DNA from: Raillietiella orientalis
Taxonomy: Eukaryota
Reading direction: 5' to 3'
DNA: 64,000 bases
NCBI GenBank assembly: GCA_036172245.1
Contig: JAYWIR010000074.1
Location: forward strand, 310,001-374,000
Shown here one piece after another: positions 40,200 through 52,000 of the stretch. The position numbers and the translations under genes are program-made. The notes below the pieces were generated by a model. The model ran no database searches and was not told the origin of the DNA. It was given only the letters and a program-made list of their open reading frames with translations. The first letter of the stretch is position 1. Each line of letters begins with the position of its first letter.

Positions 40200-43100
40200 T
40201 TCGCGCGCAGTGTCTACAAGTGGCGCCACTTAAGCGCTGTAAGGACTCAGCTTGTGCTGCTCCTGAATAGAATCTAGAGGACCTCTCCACGCGCACCGTG
40301 ATCTTTTCCCCGCCCTCCCACCCCTACAACATTTGTTTCCTTCCCACATTTGAACTTCTTGTTTCTTTCTGTTTTTCTTTATTCCCCATACCCGCGCATC
40401 GCGAGGACCTCTCCGTGATCGAGTCGGTAACCAGCAAGCTGTTTTGGAGTGGTGAACCTTTCAGTTCGCCACGCGACATTTCATGTATTTTTATTTCAAG
40501 GAAGGAAATGCCCTGGCACATCCGGGTATAAATCGCGACGGCGCGCGTCACCATGGACGACCGGAGGCTCATGCCTTCGCAGATCTTCCTCGGTGACGTC
40601 GTCGTCTATCTCCGGTTTGCCGGGCAAACATCCCCTTGCGGCAACTGCGGGAAGAAGAGTTACCGTCCACGGAAGTACCCAACACGCCGTTTCCGATACA
40701 GTAAGATGCTCGGCCACTCGATTAACGAGTGCACCGAGCTATAACGTAAGAGGAGGGCAAGAAACCTCCCCGCAAAATCGCCGTCCGCGCCGACACCATC
40801 CGCCCCGTCGTCAGGGAAGAAATCCGGCGCGAACAATGATTTGCACCTGAAAAGTGAACAGTCCGCTTGCGCAGGCAATCCTCGGAGCAATGTTTTACAA
40901 AAAGTCCGCAAGAAAACACAAAACGCTTCAGCAAGCTGCTGCAGTAAAGCCCCGAACGACCCAGACCGCCGATAACATCGGGCAGGCAGCAAAACCACCG
41001 CCGATTCCGTCCGCTCTCGCTCCGGAGCGAAATAGCGGTGCCACGCCCGGAAAGTCAACCGGAGCGTAGAAAAAGGGGTCGCGCGCCCCTTTGCCCACGG
41101 CGGGCAAGCCGGCCACGGAGGACCTAACGTCAGCAAAGGTGGAAAAGCCTTGCGCGACCTCCGAGAATCCCGTCACTCTGTCCGCACCTCGCGGTAAGCA
41201 GGTGAGAAAGGCAGACGTGGCGAAGGAAACACTGGCCTCCTTCGACCTATTCGAGGCCTTGGAAAGTATGCGAAGGACCCTGGAAGCCCTCGCGTCCAAC
41301 AGAGGCAAACTGGAAGGCGGCGAGGATGGCTCGACCTTTGTTGGGGGAAGAAAGAAGAAGCGCAAACCGCGCGATCCTACCCACTTCCCGATCAAAAAGG
41401 TAGGCGGGGTGAAGAGGCAACCCCGCGCGCCAAGAAAGGCGCAAGGGAAAGCCTCTGCTGCCGCCGCGCGCGCCGCCGCAAACAACCGCGGCGAGAGGGG
41501 AGCCGCCAGAGCCGTCACCCCGAAAGGGGGATCGGCGACGAAGGCACCCTCTAAGAGCGCTGGACCAGCTCCGGACTGCCAGCAAAAAAAGAGGCAGGCG
41601 AAACGCCCGCCGCGCGGGCGCATTTCGGACTCCGAGGTGGAGTCCGAAGGCAGCGCTAATGTTCGCCAAGCCCCGGTCAAGGCCAGGGCTGCGCGCAAGC
41701 CAAAACTTGCCAGGCAAGAGCCTGATGCCGGCAACGGTTCCCAATGCTTCACGGAGCCCGAGGCAATGGTCCTCGACTCCACCGAGCCAGCCGCGAGCGG
41801 CGCGGCGGGGACAGGAAGCGCTCGCGCTACCTTATCCGCCGTGCTCCAGGCTGATGCCTCGCCGGACGGGGCGAGGAACGCACCTCCACTTCCGTAGCAG
41901 CGATGCGCGGTCTCGCTTCTTCCCGTCGCGTCCGAGTGGCCTGTTGGAACGTCAACGGGCTGCAGGACAAGTAGTAGAGGCGATTGGTTGCCAACGTCTT
42001 GCGCGACTTCGATCTGGCCCTGCTGCAGGAGATTCACCACTCTCCGAGCAGCAAGCGGCCGATCTGCAAGTTCCCGCAGGCGGGACGCTCCATTGGAGGT
42101 CAGGCTCCCAGAATACCTGCGGATTCGCATTCCTTGTCCGGGGCAGGGTGGCGGGAGCGGTGCGGAGCGTTTGTTTCGACGAGGAAGCTCGTGTGGGACA
42201 ACTTGTTCTCAAGTGGTAGGAATCGATCAACCTTGTCCTTACGAACGTATACGCGCCGTGCGGCTCTGCGGTTCACACCGAGTTACTGGAGTTTCTCGAG
42301 AGACTGCGCGACCGCTGGCTCAGAAACTCCGGCCCCGACTCTGCTCACCTCGTAGCCGAGGACTTCAACGTCCACGCGCTATCGGAGGAGTCTCACCGTC
42401 GCCGGGAGAAACGGCTGGTGAACGAGGTGTGCGCGTCGGTGCACGCCTCGAATTTGCTGGCCGACGATCCCGGAATGCGTGCTTTCCCGGACCATGTGTT
42501 CCTCGACGATCACCTGCATTGTCGGGTGGGCCGAAGAGGTCTTGTGCCGTCGGAGCTTTCCGACCACTTCAGGCTGGAGTTTCAGCTACTTTCGCCTGGC
42601 AAGGGCCCTCGGACGCACGTCTAGAGGTTGCTGGATGACTGGTTGAGAAATCCGGTGGCTGCGGAGCACCTCCGCCAGCATCTCTGGATCTTAACCGTTC
42701 GAGAGCTCGTGGACTGGGAAGATCTGGAAAGATCGGTCCGCGAGTTCTGCAGCCGGTTCCTCTTGCGCCTGCTTATATGTGGCTTCGGGGAAGGCGTGGC
42801 CAACAGCAGAGAGTTTCTGCATGCCCGCCAATTCTACCGATGCCCGGACGTCCTGTACCTTGCGGAGTAAAAGGCCAAAGACAAGCGCGAGGTCTGGCAG
42901 TCAGGAGCGGCTTGTCTGCTCGACGATTAGGGCCGGGAGTGCTCGAATGCGGCCAAAATTCGCTGCCTCCTAAAGCGCTATTACTCCTCGTTGTACGCTA
43001 GGGAGCCGACGGAACGCAGTCTCTCGGAGCTGCTTCTCCCGGCGGATTCCCTTGCGGTCGACGAGAAGAAACGCGTCACTCTTGACTTGCCCTTCACGGC

Positions 43101-43616
43101 GGAAGAAGTATCTTCCGGCATAGCGGGCCTCAAGAAGCGCAAGGCGTCAGGAAAGGATGGTCTCCCTGATGAGTTCTCCCAGTGCTTCGCGGCGGAACTA
43201 ATCTCTCTGGTGTTGAGGCTTTCTACACTGATGCGAGAGACTGGCAATGTCCTGACATCGTTTCGCTCAGCAAGGGTGCGTCTCTTGCCGAAAAGCGGAG
43301 ACATGCGCCATTTAAGCAACTGGCGTCCCATCACCTTGGTGAATGCGGACGTCAAGCTGTTCTCGAGGCTGTGAGTCGCGCGCCTAGGCAGGATCGCTGT
43401 ATCCGTTGTAAGTCCGGAGCAGTCTTACGCTGTTCCCGAGCGGTCCAAGGAGGCGAAATTGTTCTTCGCGCGCACGTGGCTCGAGATGCAACGTTGCGTA
43501 GCGCACGACAGCCAGGCAACCGCATATGCGGCTGTAGACGATACGCGTCGCTTTATTCTACCTGAGGAAGCGCCAAGTGCCTTGACGGTGGCGGTCGATC
43601 TCCGCAAGGCGTTCTA
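40200..43616 (+). mobile_element. E12: degenerate element with a divergent ORF1 (about 40260-41900) and ORF2 41903-43616, interrupted at KAF by E13
   Basis: LRFAGQTSPCGNCG knuckle remnant; WNVNG, LQEIH, SDH, NWRPITLVNAD, VDLRKAF; 5' boundary uncertain. Confidence 0.75.
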
Positions 43617-46600
43617 TTTTTACTCGGATTTCGCTGGGGCGTTTATTATAAAATAAACATCCACAAAGACGTGCAGCGGCTGGACCATTGCTCCAGCTAC
43701 GCACGAAGAAACACATAGCCTGCCAGGTCACCGGTTCGCAGATCATACGGTCCAACACGGCAGCAGGGGGAAAGGGGAAAAACAAAAAACAAAACAAAAA
43801 GAAAAGAAAAAACTGGGAGGGTACGGGAAGGGATCACAGTTGCTGGTGGTGCCGTTGCATCCCTTGCAGGATGCCGGCAAGCTCCTTCTGTATTCCTGGA
43901 TCCAGGTAAGGCCATCGGGACGCCCTCCTCTGGAACTGGGAGGCTGGCTGGATGGCACCCTGGTCGCGTTGTCCTCCCGTAGCCTTGCTCCAAGCGGTGA
44001 CGATCCCGCGTAGGCAGAACAGGGCTGATAACGAGGCCGCTGGCCGAAGAACGTCGGCAACGAAGAGTGCTTTCAGAGCGTCCCTGGGGTTGCTCAGGGG
44101 ATTCCGAAGGCAGCGGCAAAGAGGAATCAAAGGGGCCGAAGGGCAACACAATCCACTAGCAGCTGGGGGAGGGACTCCAGTTCCCCACACCTGACGCAAT
44201 TGGGGTCCACCGCTCCCCAGGTCCAGTGGTGCCGGCGGGCGTTGCAGGGGAGTCTTCAGTGCTACAACAGGATTGCCGACTCCTGCCATTTTAAGGGGAG
44301 CGTGGAGGTGTTCATTAGTACCGGGGGCCACTTCAAACGTTTATTGGGAACGTCGAGCAGCACTCCCCAGCGTAGAAGTCCATCGGGAGGCGTACTCGGG
44401 GTCGCAGCGTCTGTTAACTGGACCGTCTTCCACTCTCCTATCTTCTTCTCCCTTTCGGAGATTCTCACTGTAACCTTCCACTTCGCCGCAACATCGCTGT
44501 CCAGATCTTCCATCAGGGAGGGCAGCGCAGCAGCGAGGGGTTTCTTCCGGCCCACGAGCTATTCTTTGAATTCTCCAGGATCTCGCGGGGCGTGCAACTT
44601 CTGTAACCCCCAACCAGGAACCTTCGTTCCTGTTGGGAGCGTTGCATGCCGAACTGTCCCCATGTTCGAACGGTTTCCTGCAACCAGGCACTACCGTTCA
44701 AAGGGCGACAGGTGACAATACCTGGGTCATTCCGTGACAGCGCAGCCACCCCCTGTAGCTGAAGTCCGCATCGGTTGACGCGGCAACGGAGTGCGAGAAA
44801 CGACGTGAGTTCCGGCTTGCCGGTAGCGTGCTCGAAAAGGAGACGTGCAGGGACGCACCAACAGGTGCACCACAACTCTGGAACAAGTGCCGACATTCGG
44901 AACTGGAGCTGAAACTCCAGCCGCTCCAGCGTCAGGAGGCCCAGATCACCGTCCAGACGCGGAGCGCACAAGTCCTTTAACCGGACTCGGACCCTCCCGT
45001 TGCCCCAAAGGACGATACTGGGGAGGTCGTTTGTCCGCTTTTTGATCCTCTCTGTGGGGAGGCAAGCAAGAAGCAGGGGGCGGAGGAGAGAAGCCGCGAA
45101 CGTGTTCCAAACCGCGGTTTGTTCAGGCAGGAGAAACCTGCCGCCTCGAAACAGGCCGATCGCAGTCTCTACATTTTGAAAGCAGCATTACCACGCTTCC
45201 GCAGGGGAGTAGTTTCCTAACGGTACACCAAGGTACTTGAAGTACCTCACCGTGGGGATCCCAAAACGGAACCAGTCCTGCTGCCCTGCCCACGCCGCAC
45301 AATCTGGCATCACGGACGACTTCGCCCCGTTCACGGTAAGTCCGGTTCCCCGAAGCAGCAGGTCGAAAATCTCATCGACCGCCGAAGCCGGGGTGGACAT
45401 AGGGAGCTGCAGCAGAAGATCGTCCTCGTACGCTGAAACGGCCGGCGTACCGGCACAGTCGAGCGGCAGGTGCGCCAGAGTTCCCCTGTACGCTCTCAGT
45501 ACCAACTCAAAGTAGGTACTGAATACCAAGGGGCTCAGGCTGTCTCCCTGCCTTATACCACGCCGCACCGGCAAGCCGTGCACGGTCTGCCCGCTGAAAG
45601 AAACGTTGATCAGCGCGTCGCGCAAGCAGGAGCGCAGATAGGCCACTAATGAGGCCGGGAAGCCCAAGCGTTCCAGAATCTAAAGGAGATTCTGGTCGAC
45701 GCAATCGAATGCATTCTACAAGTCGATTGCGACCGCAAGGGTTCCCTCATCCACCCGACCATCCAATTCCTTGCCGGCGCACGCACAGGAATTCCGGCTT
45801 CGCACCAAGCTCCTTTCATGTTGGAGCGCTAGCCAGGTGGAAGCGTGCAACAGGTTCGCCTCCATGCTTCGCCCGGGAACAGCATATGTCTGTTCCGGGC
45901 TGATGAAGATGTTGGCAACCCGTCCTAACCGCTCTGCCCAAACCTTAGCCAGCAACTTGGCGTCTGCATTCACTTTTGTGATGGGACGCCAGTTGTTCAT
46001 GCTCCTCAGGTCTCCTTCCTTAGGGAGGTGCCGCACCTTTGCCGAACGAAGGAGGAGGGAACTTCACCTGTTTCGCGTATCAGCAAGGTGAGTTGCTGTA
46101 CCAGGGGGGTAAGCTCAGCCGCGAAAGTTTGGTAAAACTCCGCGGGCAGGCCGTCCTTCCCTGGAGCCTTGCGCCTCTTGAGCTTTCTGATGGCCGAGAG
46201 GATCTCATCGATCGTGAACGGCTCCTCGAGGGTCTTTCTCTCCTCCTCCCCGATCGCTGGAGCGCCTTCCGGAAGAAGAAGTGGTGGGACGTTCCTCTCC
46301 GGAGGTGCCCTGGCATACAGGGAGGAGAAGTAACTCCGCAGCAGGCCGCGGATTTGGGAGGGTGCCGAATGTTCTTCGCCCTGATCGTGCAGCAAGCTGG
46401 CCGATCCGGACTGCCAGCCTTGCCTCTCGGCACCCGCTTAGTATTCCGCCAGCATGCGGAAGTCGGGGGTCCTGACGTAAAGACGGGCCTTCAGGTAGGC
46501 TCTTCAGTTACGGACCCCGGTCCCAAAACACGTAGGTAGGCGGTGCAGAGGGAACTGGTCGCAGAACTACTGGAGCGACCGCTTGAAGCGGTCCCAATCC

Positions 46601-47475
46601 TGGGATGTTCGCAGCCTGAAGCTCCGTATGAACGTGCGGAGATGTTCCGCCGCGTCCGGGAGCTTCAGTCAGTCCCCTGGGAGACTCCACCCTGACGAGG
46701 GGGGGCCCCTGTCGCGCGGACGGATCTCGAGGACTAGCGGCTGATGGTCGGACAGCTCGCACGGTAACTTGCCGCGTCTGCCTACGCGAAAGCACAGGTG
46801 CTCTTCAAGAAATACGTGGTGAATGCTGTCATCCATCCCCGGTGCACTGGCCAACTAATTACAGGTGTGCATTGCCATGCACACTTCGTTGACCATGTCA
46901 CGCTCGGGATTCTGCCCATCTGCTTTGAGGCGAACGTTGAAATCGCCTGCAACCAGATGGGCATTCCGCACGCCTGCTTCCGTCATCCAGTCTTCGCGGA
47001 GGGCAAGGAAAAACTCTTTCCTCGCCCTGCTTATCATCGGGTCCGCGCCGCTTGGACCGTACACGTTCGTGACGATCAGATCGATCGAGTCGGATCACCT
47101 AAGAGTCAGCTGGCCGACACGACCGTGATCGTCGAACCGCACGCTCCGACCCGCGGCCGCGACGGCTGGCCGAAGCAGGTAGGCTACACCGCAACTTTTC
47201 GCTCTTCGACACCTGTACCATAGCCGCCCTCCGGAGATCCGCTCGATCTCTTGCGCTTGTTTTGCAGAGATCACGTGGATCTCCTGCAGCAGCGCAAGGT
47301 TGTAGGACTCCAGAAGGGCGGCCACGTCTCGTCTACTGCCGACGTCTGTCATGCCGTTCAAGTTCGAAACGGTGATGCGCAGACGACTGCAGGTGGAGAT
47401 TCCAGGCATTGCTGCTGGTAAGATTAAGGTGTGGTGGAGCCCTCCTCTTGCGAGGAAGGCGGGATGTCCAAAGCC
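43617..47475 (-). mobile_element. E13: KAFD-targeting family element close to E8; degenerate ORF2 47409-~43833, ORF1 mostly lost
   Basis: 3' motif 43617-43647; ORFs 45188..45667, 45716..46036, 46006..46395; MPGISTCSRLRI start. Confidence 0.85.
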
Positions 47476-47499
47476 CTGGGAGCTGCGTTGGCGACTGCG

Positions 47500-48912
47500 A
47501 CGATCCCTGAGCGGGCAGGGCAAGCCTCCACCTGGCGCAACAAAAAGAGACTGGCACAACGCCAGTCTCGCGCGAGGCACTCGGACTCCGAGGTGGAGTC
47601 CGAGTGCAAACAAATAAAGCGCGCATCTCGGGGTAAGCCGATAGCGCGCCGGGCTAAAGTGCGAAAGCACGAGCCTGTTGCCGGAGGCGGTTGCGGCTCT
47701 TGCACGGAGACCGAGGAGAAGATCCTCGGCTCCCAGGACTCAGCTAAGCGCGATGTGGCGGCGAACGGAAGCGATTTCGCTTCCCAATCCGCTCTCCTAC
47801 CAGCTGATTTCTCGCCGGACGGGGCGAGGAGCACGCCGTCATGTCCGCAGCAGTGATGCGTGGACTCGCGTCCGCTCGTCGCGTCAGCGTGGTCTGTTGG
47901 AATGTCAACGGGCTACGTGGTGCTGACAAAAGGCGGACGTTAGCCAACGCTTCGCGCGCGTTCGATCTGGTGCTGCTGCAGGAGATACATAGCATCACCG
48001 TACGGCAGGCATCGGATCTGAAAAAGCGCGCGGGCGGGACGCTACACTGGCGGCAAGGCTCCTCGCACACGTGCGGAGTGGCGTTCCTCGTCCGAGGCAG
48101 GGTGGCGGAGGCGATGCCGAACGTTTGTTTCGACGAGGAAGGTCGTGTGGGCCAACTTGTCCTGAAGTGGTCCGAATCGATCGACCTGGTCGTTACGAAC
48201 ATCAACGCGCCGAGTGGCGGCCGGCATTACGCCCAGCGACTTGCATACCTGGGTGGCTGGCGCAACCGCTGACTCGCTGATTCCGGCCCTAACGTGGCGC
48301 ACCTCCTTGCAGGAAACTTTAACGTCCACCTGCTAACAGAGGAGAGATGCCGCTTGAGGGAGAAGCAACTGGTGAGCGAGATATGCGCGTCCGTTCGCGT
48401 GCAAAACTTGCTTGCTGGTGAGCACGCGATGGAGAGATCGCCGGACCATGCGTTCCTCGATGAACACCTGCTCTCACGAGTAGGTCGGAAAGGGTGCCTG
48501 CTGTCCGCGATTTCGGATCATCCGAGTCTGGAGTTAGAGCTCTTCCCGCCTGGCAAAGGGCCTCCGATGAATGTCTGGAGGTTGCCGGCCGACTGGCTTA
48601 GCAATTCGGAGGCGGCGGTGCATCTTCGCCAACACCTCCGGGGCTTCGCCATGCGTGAACTCGAGGACTGGGACGATCTGAAAAGATCGGTCCGCGAGTT
48701 CTGCTGCCGGTTCCTCTTCCACCTTCTTCTTCGCGGCTCCGGGGAGGGTGTTGCGAACAGCAGATCCTATCTGCAGGCTCGTACCTTCTCCCGACGCCCG
48801 GACGTCCGGCGTCTGGCGGAGTACAAGGCCAGGGCCGAGCGCCAAGTTTGGCAGTCTGGAGCGACTTCTCTGCTCGATGACGCTGGCTAGGAATGCTCGG
48901 CTGCAGCCGAAG
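47500..48912 (+). mobile_element. E14: fragment related to E12 (ORF1 tail and EN from ATG 47856), interrupted by E15
   Basis: SDSEVESE ORF1 tail shared with E12; MRGLASARRVSVVCWNVNG; ORF 48294..48890. Confidence 0.8.
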
Positions 48913-51896
48913 TTTGCCACCCGGATATGCCGGGGCATTTATTATTCTAATTTTCTACAAAAATTAGATAATAAAGTCTTTCAAAAGTTAATTGTGGGAA
49001 ACACTTGGTTTTCCCACCTTGGTTGACGTGTCTGTTGCCGGTGCATAGACCGGTTAGGTCCATTCCCGAGGCGCATGGGAAGGGAATACTAAAACAAAAA
49101 CAAACAAAAAGAGAGATAACGGGGAGGGAAACAGTTGTATGGGGAGAGGGGGAAGGCAGGGAAGGGATCACTGAGCGCCTGGGTCGGTCCTCCGCATCCT
49201 GTTCAGGATGCAGTCAAGTTCTGTTTTAACTCTGAAAGGTAGACGCCACCTTGTCGCCGTCTCAAAAGAGATCGTCGTCCAGTGGATGGCGTCCCTGCAT
49301 CTTGGGCCTCTTATTCTGGCGTGCCACCTTTGCACAATGCCGCGCACGCAGCAGAGGACTGCTAGAGACGCAGCGGGGCGCAGGCCGTCACGCAGAAAGA
49401 GGCGACGGTAAATTTCCTTAGGGTCGCCTACTGGAAGGTGGAGGATTGGGGCGATTCGACTCCAGAGTCCATCCAGGGCGACACAATCGAGGGTAAGATG
49501 CGGGAAGGTTTCTCTTTCTCCGCACTCGACACAGCGGGCATCCACATTTCCCAGTGTCCAGTGAGACAGGCGTGCTCTGCTCAACAGTCCCCAGTGCAGA
49601 AATAGCAACGCCGTCTCCTGCCACTTCAACGGAAGTGTGGCGCAATCCCAACACGCTAGGGGCCACTTCACCTCCTCCGGAGGTATTGCGAGCAGCTCTC
49701 CCCAGCGAGCAAGTCCGTGAGGCGGGACGATCGGGGTAGCAGCGTCCGTGAGCTCCCGAGTCGTCCACGCCTTTAAAGGTTTTTTCCTGCCTCGGATGAG
49801 GCAGGACACTTCCCACGATGCCAGCTCGTTGCTGCTCCTAGTGTTTTTCAGGGAGGACAGAACGGGGGCAAGGGGGCTGAAAGAAGCCCACAGAAACTTC
49901 CGGGGCGTGTTGATAATATCCTGCAGCGGCTGTCGAGCGTACGGTCCTCGTCGTAGGCAGTTGTATTCCGCCTCGGTCGTGCCGTTGATCTTAGCCCACG
50001 CGGAAGCTGACTCCTGAAGCCAGGCAGTGCAGTTCGCGGGGATGCAGGAGATCCAGGTATTCTCCCTCATCAGGGCGACCATCAGGCGCAAATCGGGACC
50101 ACAGTTGGAGAGGCTGCGCTGGTAGGCCACGAGGATCGAGGACAATCCTTCGCAGCCGGTCGCTCTTCTGGCGAGGAGCCGTGCCGGATCGCACAATGGC
50201 GTCATCCATAAGCTAGCCGCAGGGCTAACTTTCGAATTGTTGTTTGAAGTTGGATGCGCTCCAACGTAAGGAGGCCCAAGCCACCATCCCTGCGTGGAGC
50301 GCACAAGTCTTTCAATCGGACTCGCGACCTCGCTGTGCCCCAAAGGGCAGTCCTCAAGAGGGCTGTGGTCCGTCTCTGTATGATGGGAGGGGCGGGGCAA
50401 ACAAAAAGTAAGGGGCGAAGGAGGGGGGCCGCGAACGCGTTCCACACCGCGGCCCGCTCCTGCAAGTAAAACCTGCCGTTCCGGAACGAGCCGATCGCCA
50501 ACTCCACCGTTTGGAGACGGTCGGACCAGGCTTCTGCAACGCAGAAGTCCCCCAACGGAACGCCAAGGTACTTCAAGCACCTGCCCGTGGGGATCCCCAA
50601 GCGGATCCAGTCCGGCCGTCCGGCCCACGCCGCATGGTTGAATAGTTGTGGTGATGTTGTAACGATTGTGGATTTCTCTCTGTTCACCTCGAGGCCCGTC
50701 CCGCGGCGCAGCAACTCAAAGAAATCTTCGAGCGCCGACGCCGGGGTGGACCCGGGGAGCAGGAGCAGAAGGTCGTCGGCGTTGCCGACACGGCAGGCGT
50801 GCCGGGACACGAGCTTGGCAGGGTTGCCAGAGTCTCCCTGTATGCCCTCAGCACCAGCTCGAAGTAGATGCTGAAGAGCAAGGGGCTCAGACTGTCACCC
50901 TGCCTTATGCCACGCCGAACCGGCACGCCGTACACGTGCCGGCCGCTAAAAGAGATGTTGATTAGAGCGAAGCGCCAGCAGGAGCGCACGTAAGCCCGGA
51001 AGACGGCCGGGAATCCCAAGCGTTCCAGGAGCTCCAGAAGCAGTTCCTGGTCGACGCAATCGAACGCTTTACGCAGATCGACTGCGACCGCAAGGGCACC
51101 GGGCGCGGCTCTTCCATGAAGGGCGTCGCCTCCCTGGTCAGAGGAGAATCCAGGATTCTCTTGACCTCCCTGGTCTTCGCTTTGTTGCAACTGCCACCAT
51201 GTACTGGCGAGGAACAGGTTGGCCTCCATGCTTCGTCCGGGAACAGCGTATGTCTGCTCCGGACTCACCACGGATTCCGCCACCCGTCCCAGTCGCTCAG
51301 CCCAAAGCTTGGCAAGCAACTTCGCATCCGCATTCACTACTGTGATGGGACGCCAGTTGCCTACGTTGCGATTGTCTCCTCCTTTCGGCAGGAGACGTAC
51401 TCTAGCTGACCGGAACGATTTGGGAACGTCCCCTTGTTCTCGGATCAGCATGCATAGCCGATGCACCAGGGGGGCCAGCTCCGCCACGAAGCCTTGGTAG
51501 AACTCCGCGGGCAGACCGTCTTCTTCTGGTGCTTTTCTCTTTCGAAGCTTTCCGATGGCGGAGACGATCTCCGCCATCGAGAAAGGCTCCGCGAGTTCAT
51601 GTGCCTGCTCCTCCTGCAGCGCGGGGGCGCCTTGCGGCAGCAAGCGCTGCGCCACGGCGCGCTCCGTTGTTCTACGCGCGTACAAAGAGGAGTAATAGTC
51701 CCGCAGGATGCGGTTTATTCTCGCCGGAGCTAAGCATTCTTGACCTTGGGCGTCCAGCAAGCTGGGCGACCCGGATTGCCAGGTCTGTCGCTCAGCCCCA
51801 GCTTTATACTCCGCCAGGCGTCGAACGTCGGGAGTCCTAGAGTAAAGACGGGCGTGGTGGTATGCCCGGTCGTTCCTCAGCCCTCCGCCGAAAGCC
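48913..51896 (-). mobile_element. E15: 3' part of a divergent element (RT and C-terminal domain), interrupted at the RGFG site by E16
   Basis: ORFs 50684..52267, 50202..50810, 49168..50628; CVECGERETFPHLTLDC; 3' motif 48913-48943. Confidence 0.88.
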
Positions 51897-51905
51897 GGTG
51901 TGGGT

Positions 51906-51916
51906 GGACGTGTTTT
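51906..51916 (+). promoter_or_regulatory. Conserved 5' motif GGACGTGTTTT, putative internal promoter (DPE-like); representative copy
   Basis: Same or similar motif about 10 nt inside all ten visible 5' ends. Confidence 0.6.
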
Positions 51917-52000
51917 TTGGTCGCTCCGCCAGCGCTTGTCTGGGAAGCACCCGGAGTTTTTTAGTGTAGTCAGGTGTAAAGTGTGGGTCGTCGGTGTCCG

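Noticed and set aside
40928..42130. Long antisense ORFs (also 32984..34180, 6165..7109, 58607..59362) as extra genes
   Set aside because: GC-rich shadows of low-complexity ORF1 tails, with no motifs and no conservation between copies
47475..47530. E13/E14 boundary as a further target site
   Set aside because: No 5' motif, 3' motif or TSD; both sides are mid-ORF1, which fits a deletion or truncation better
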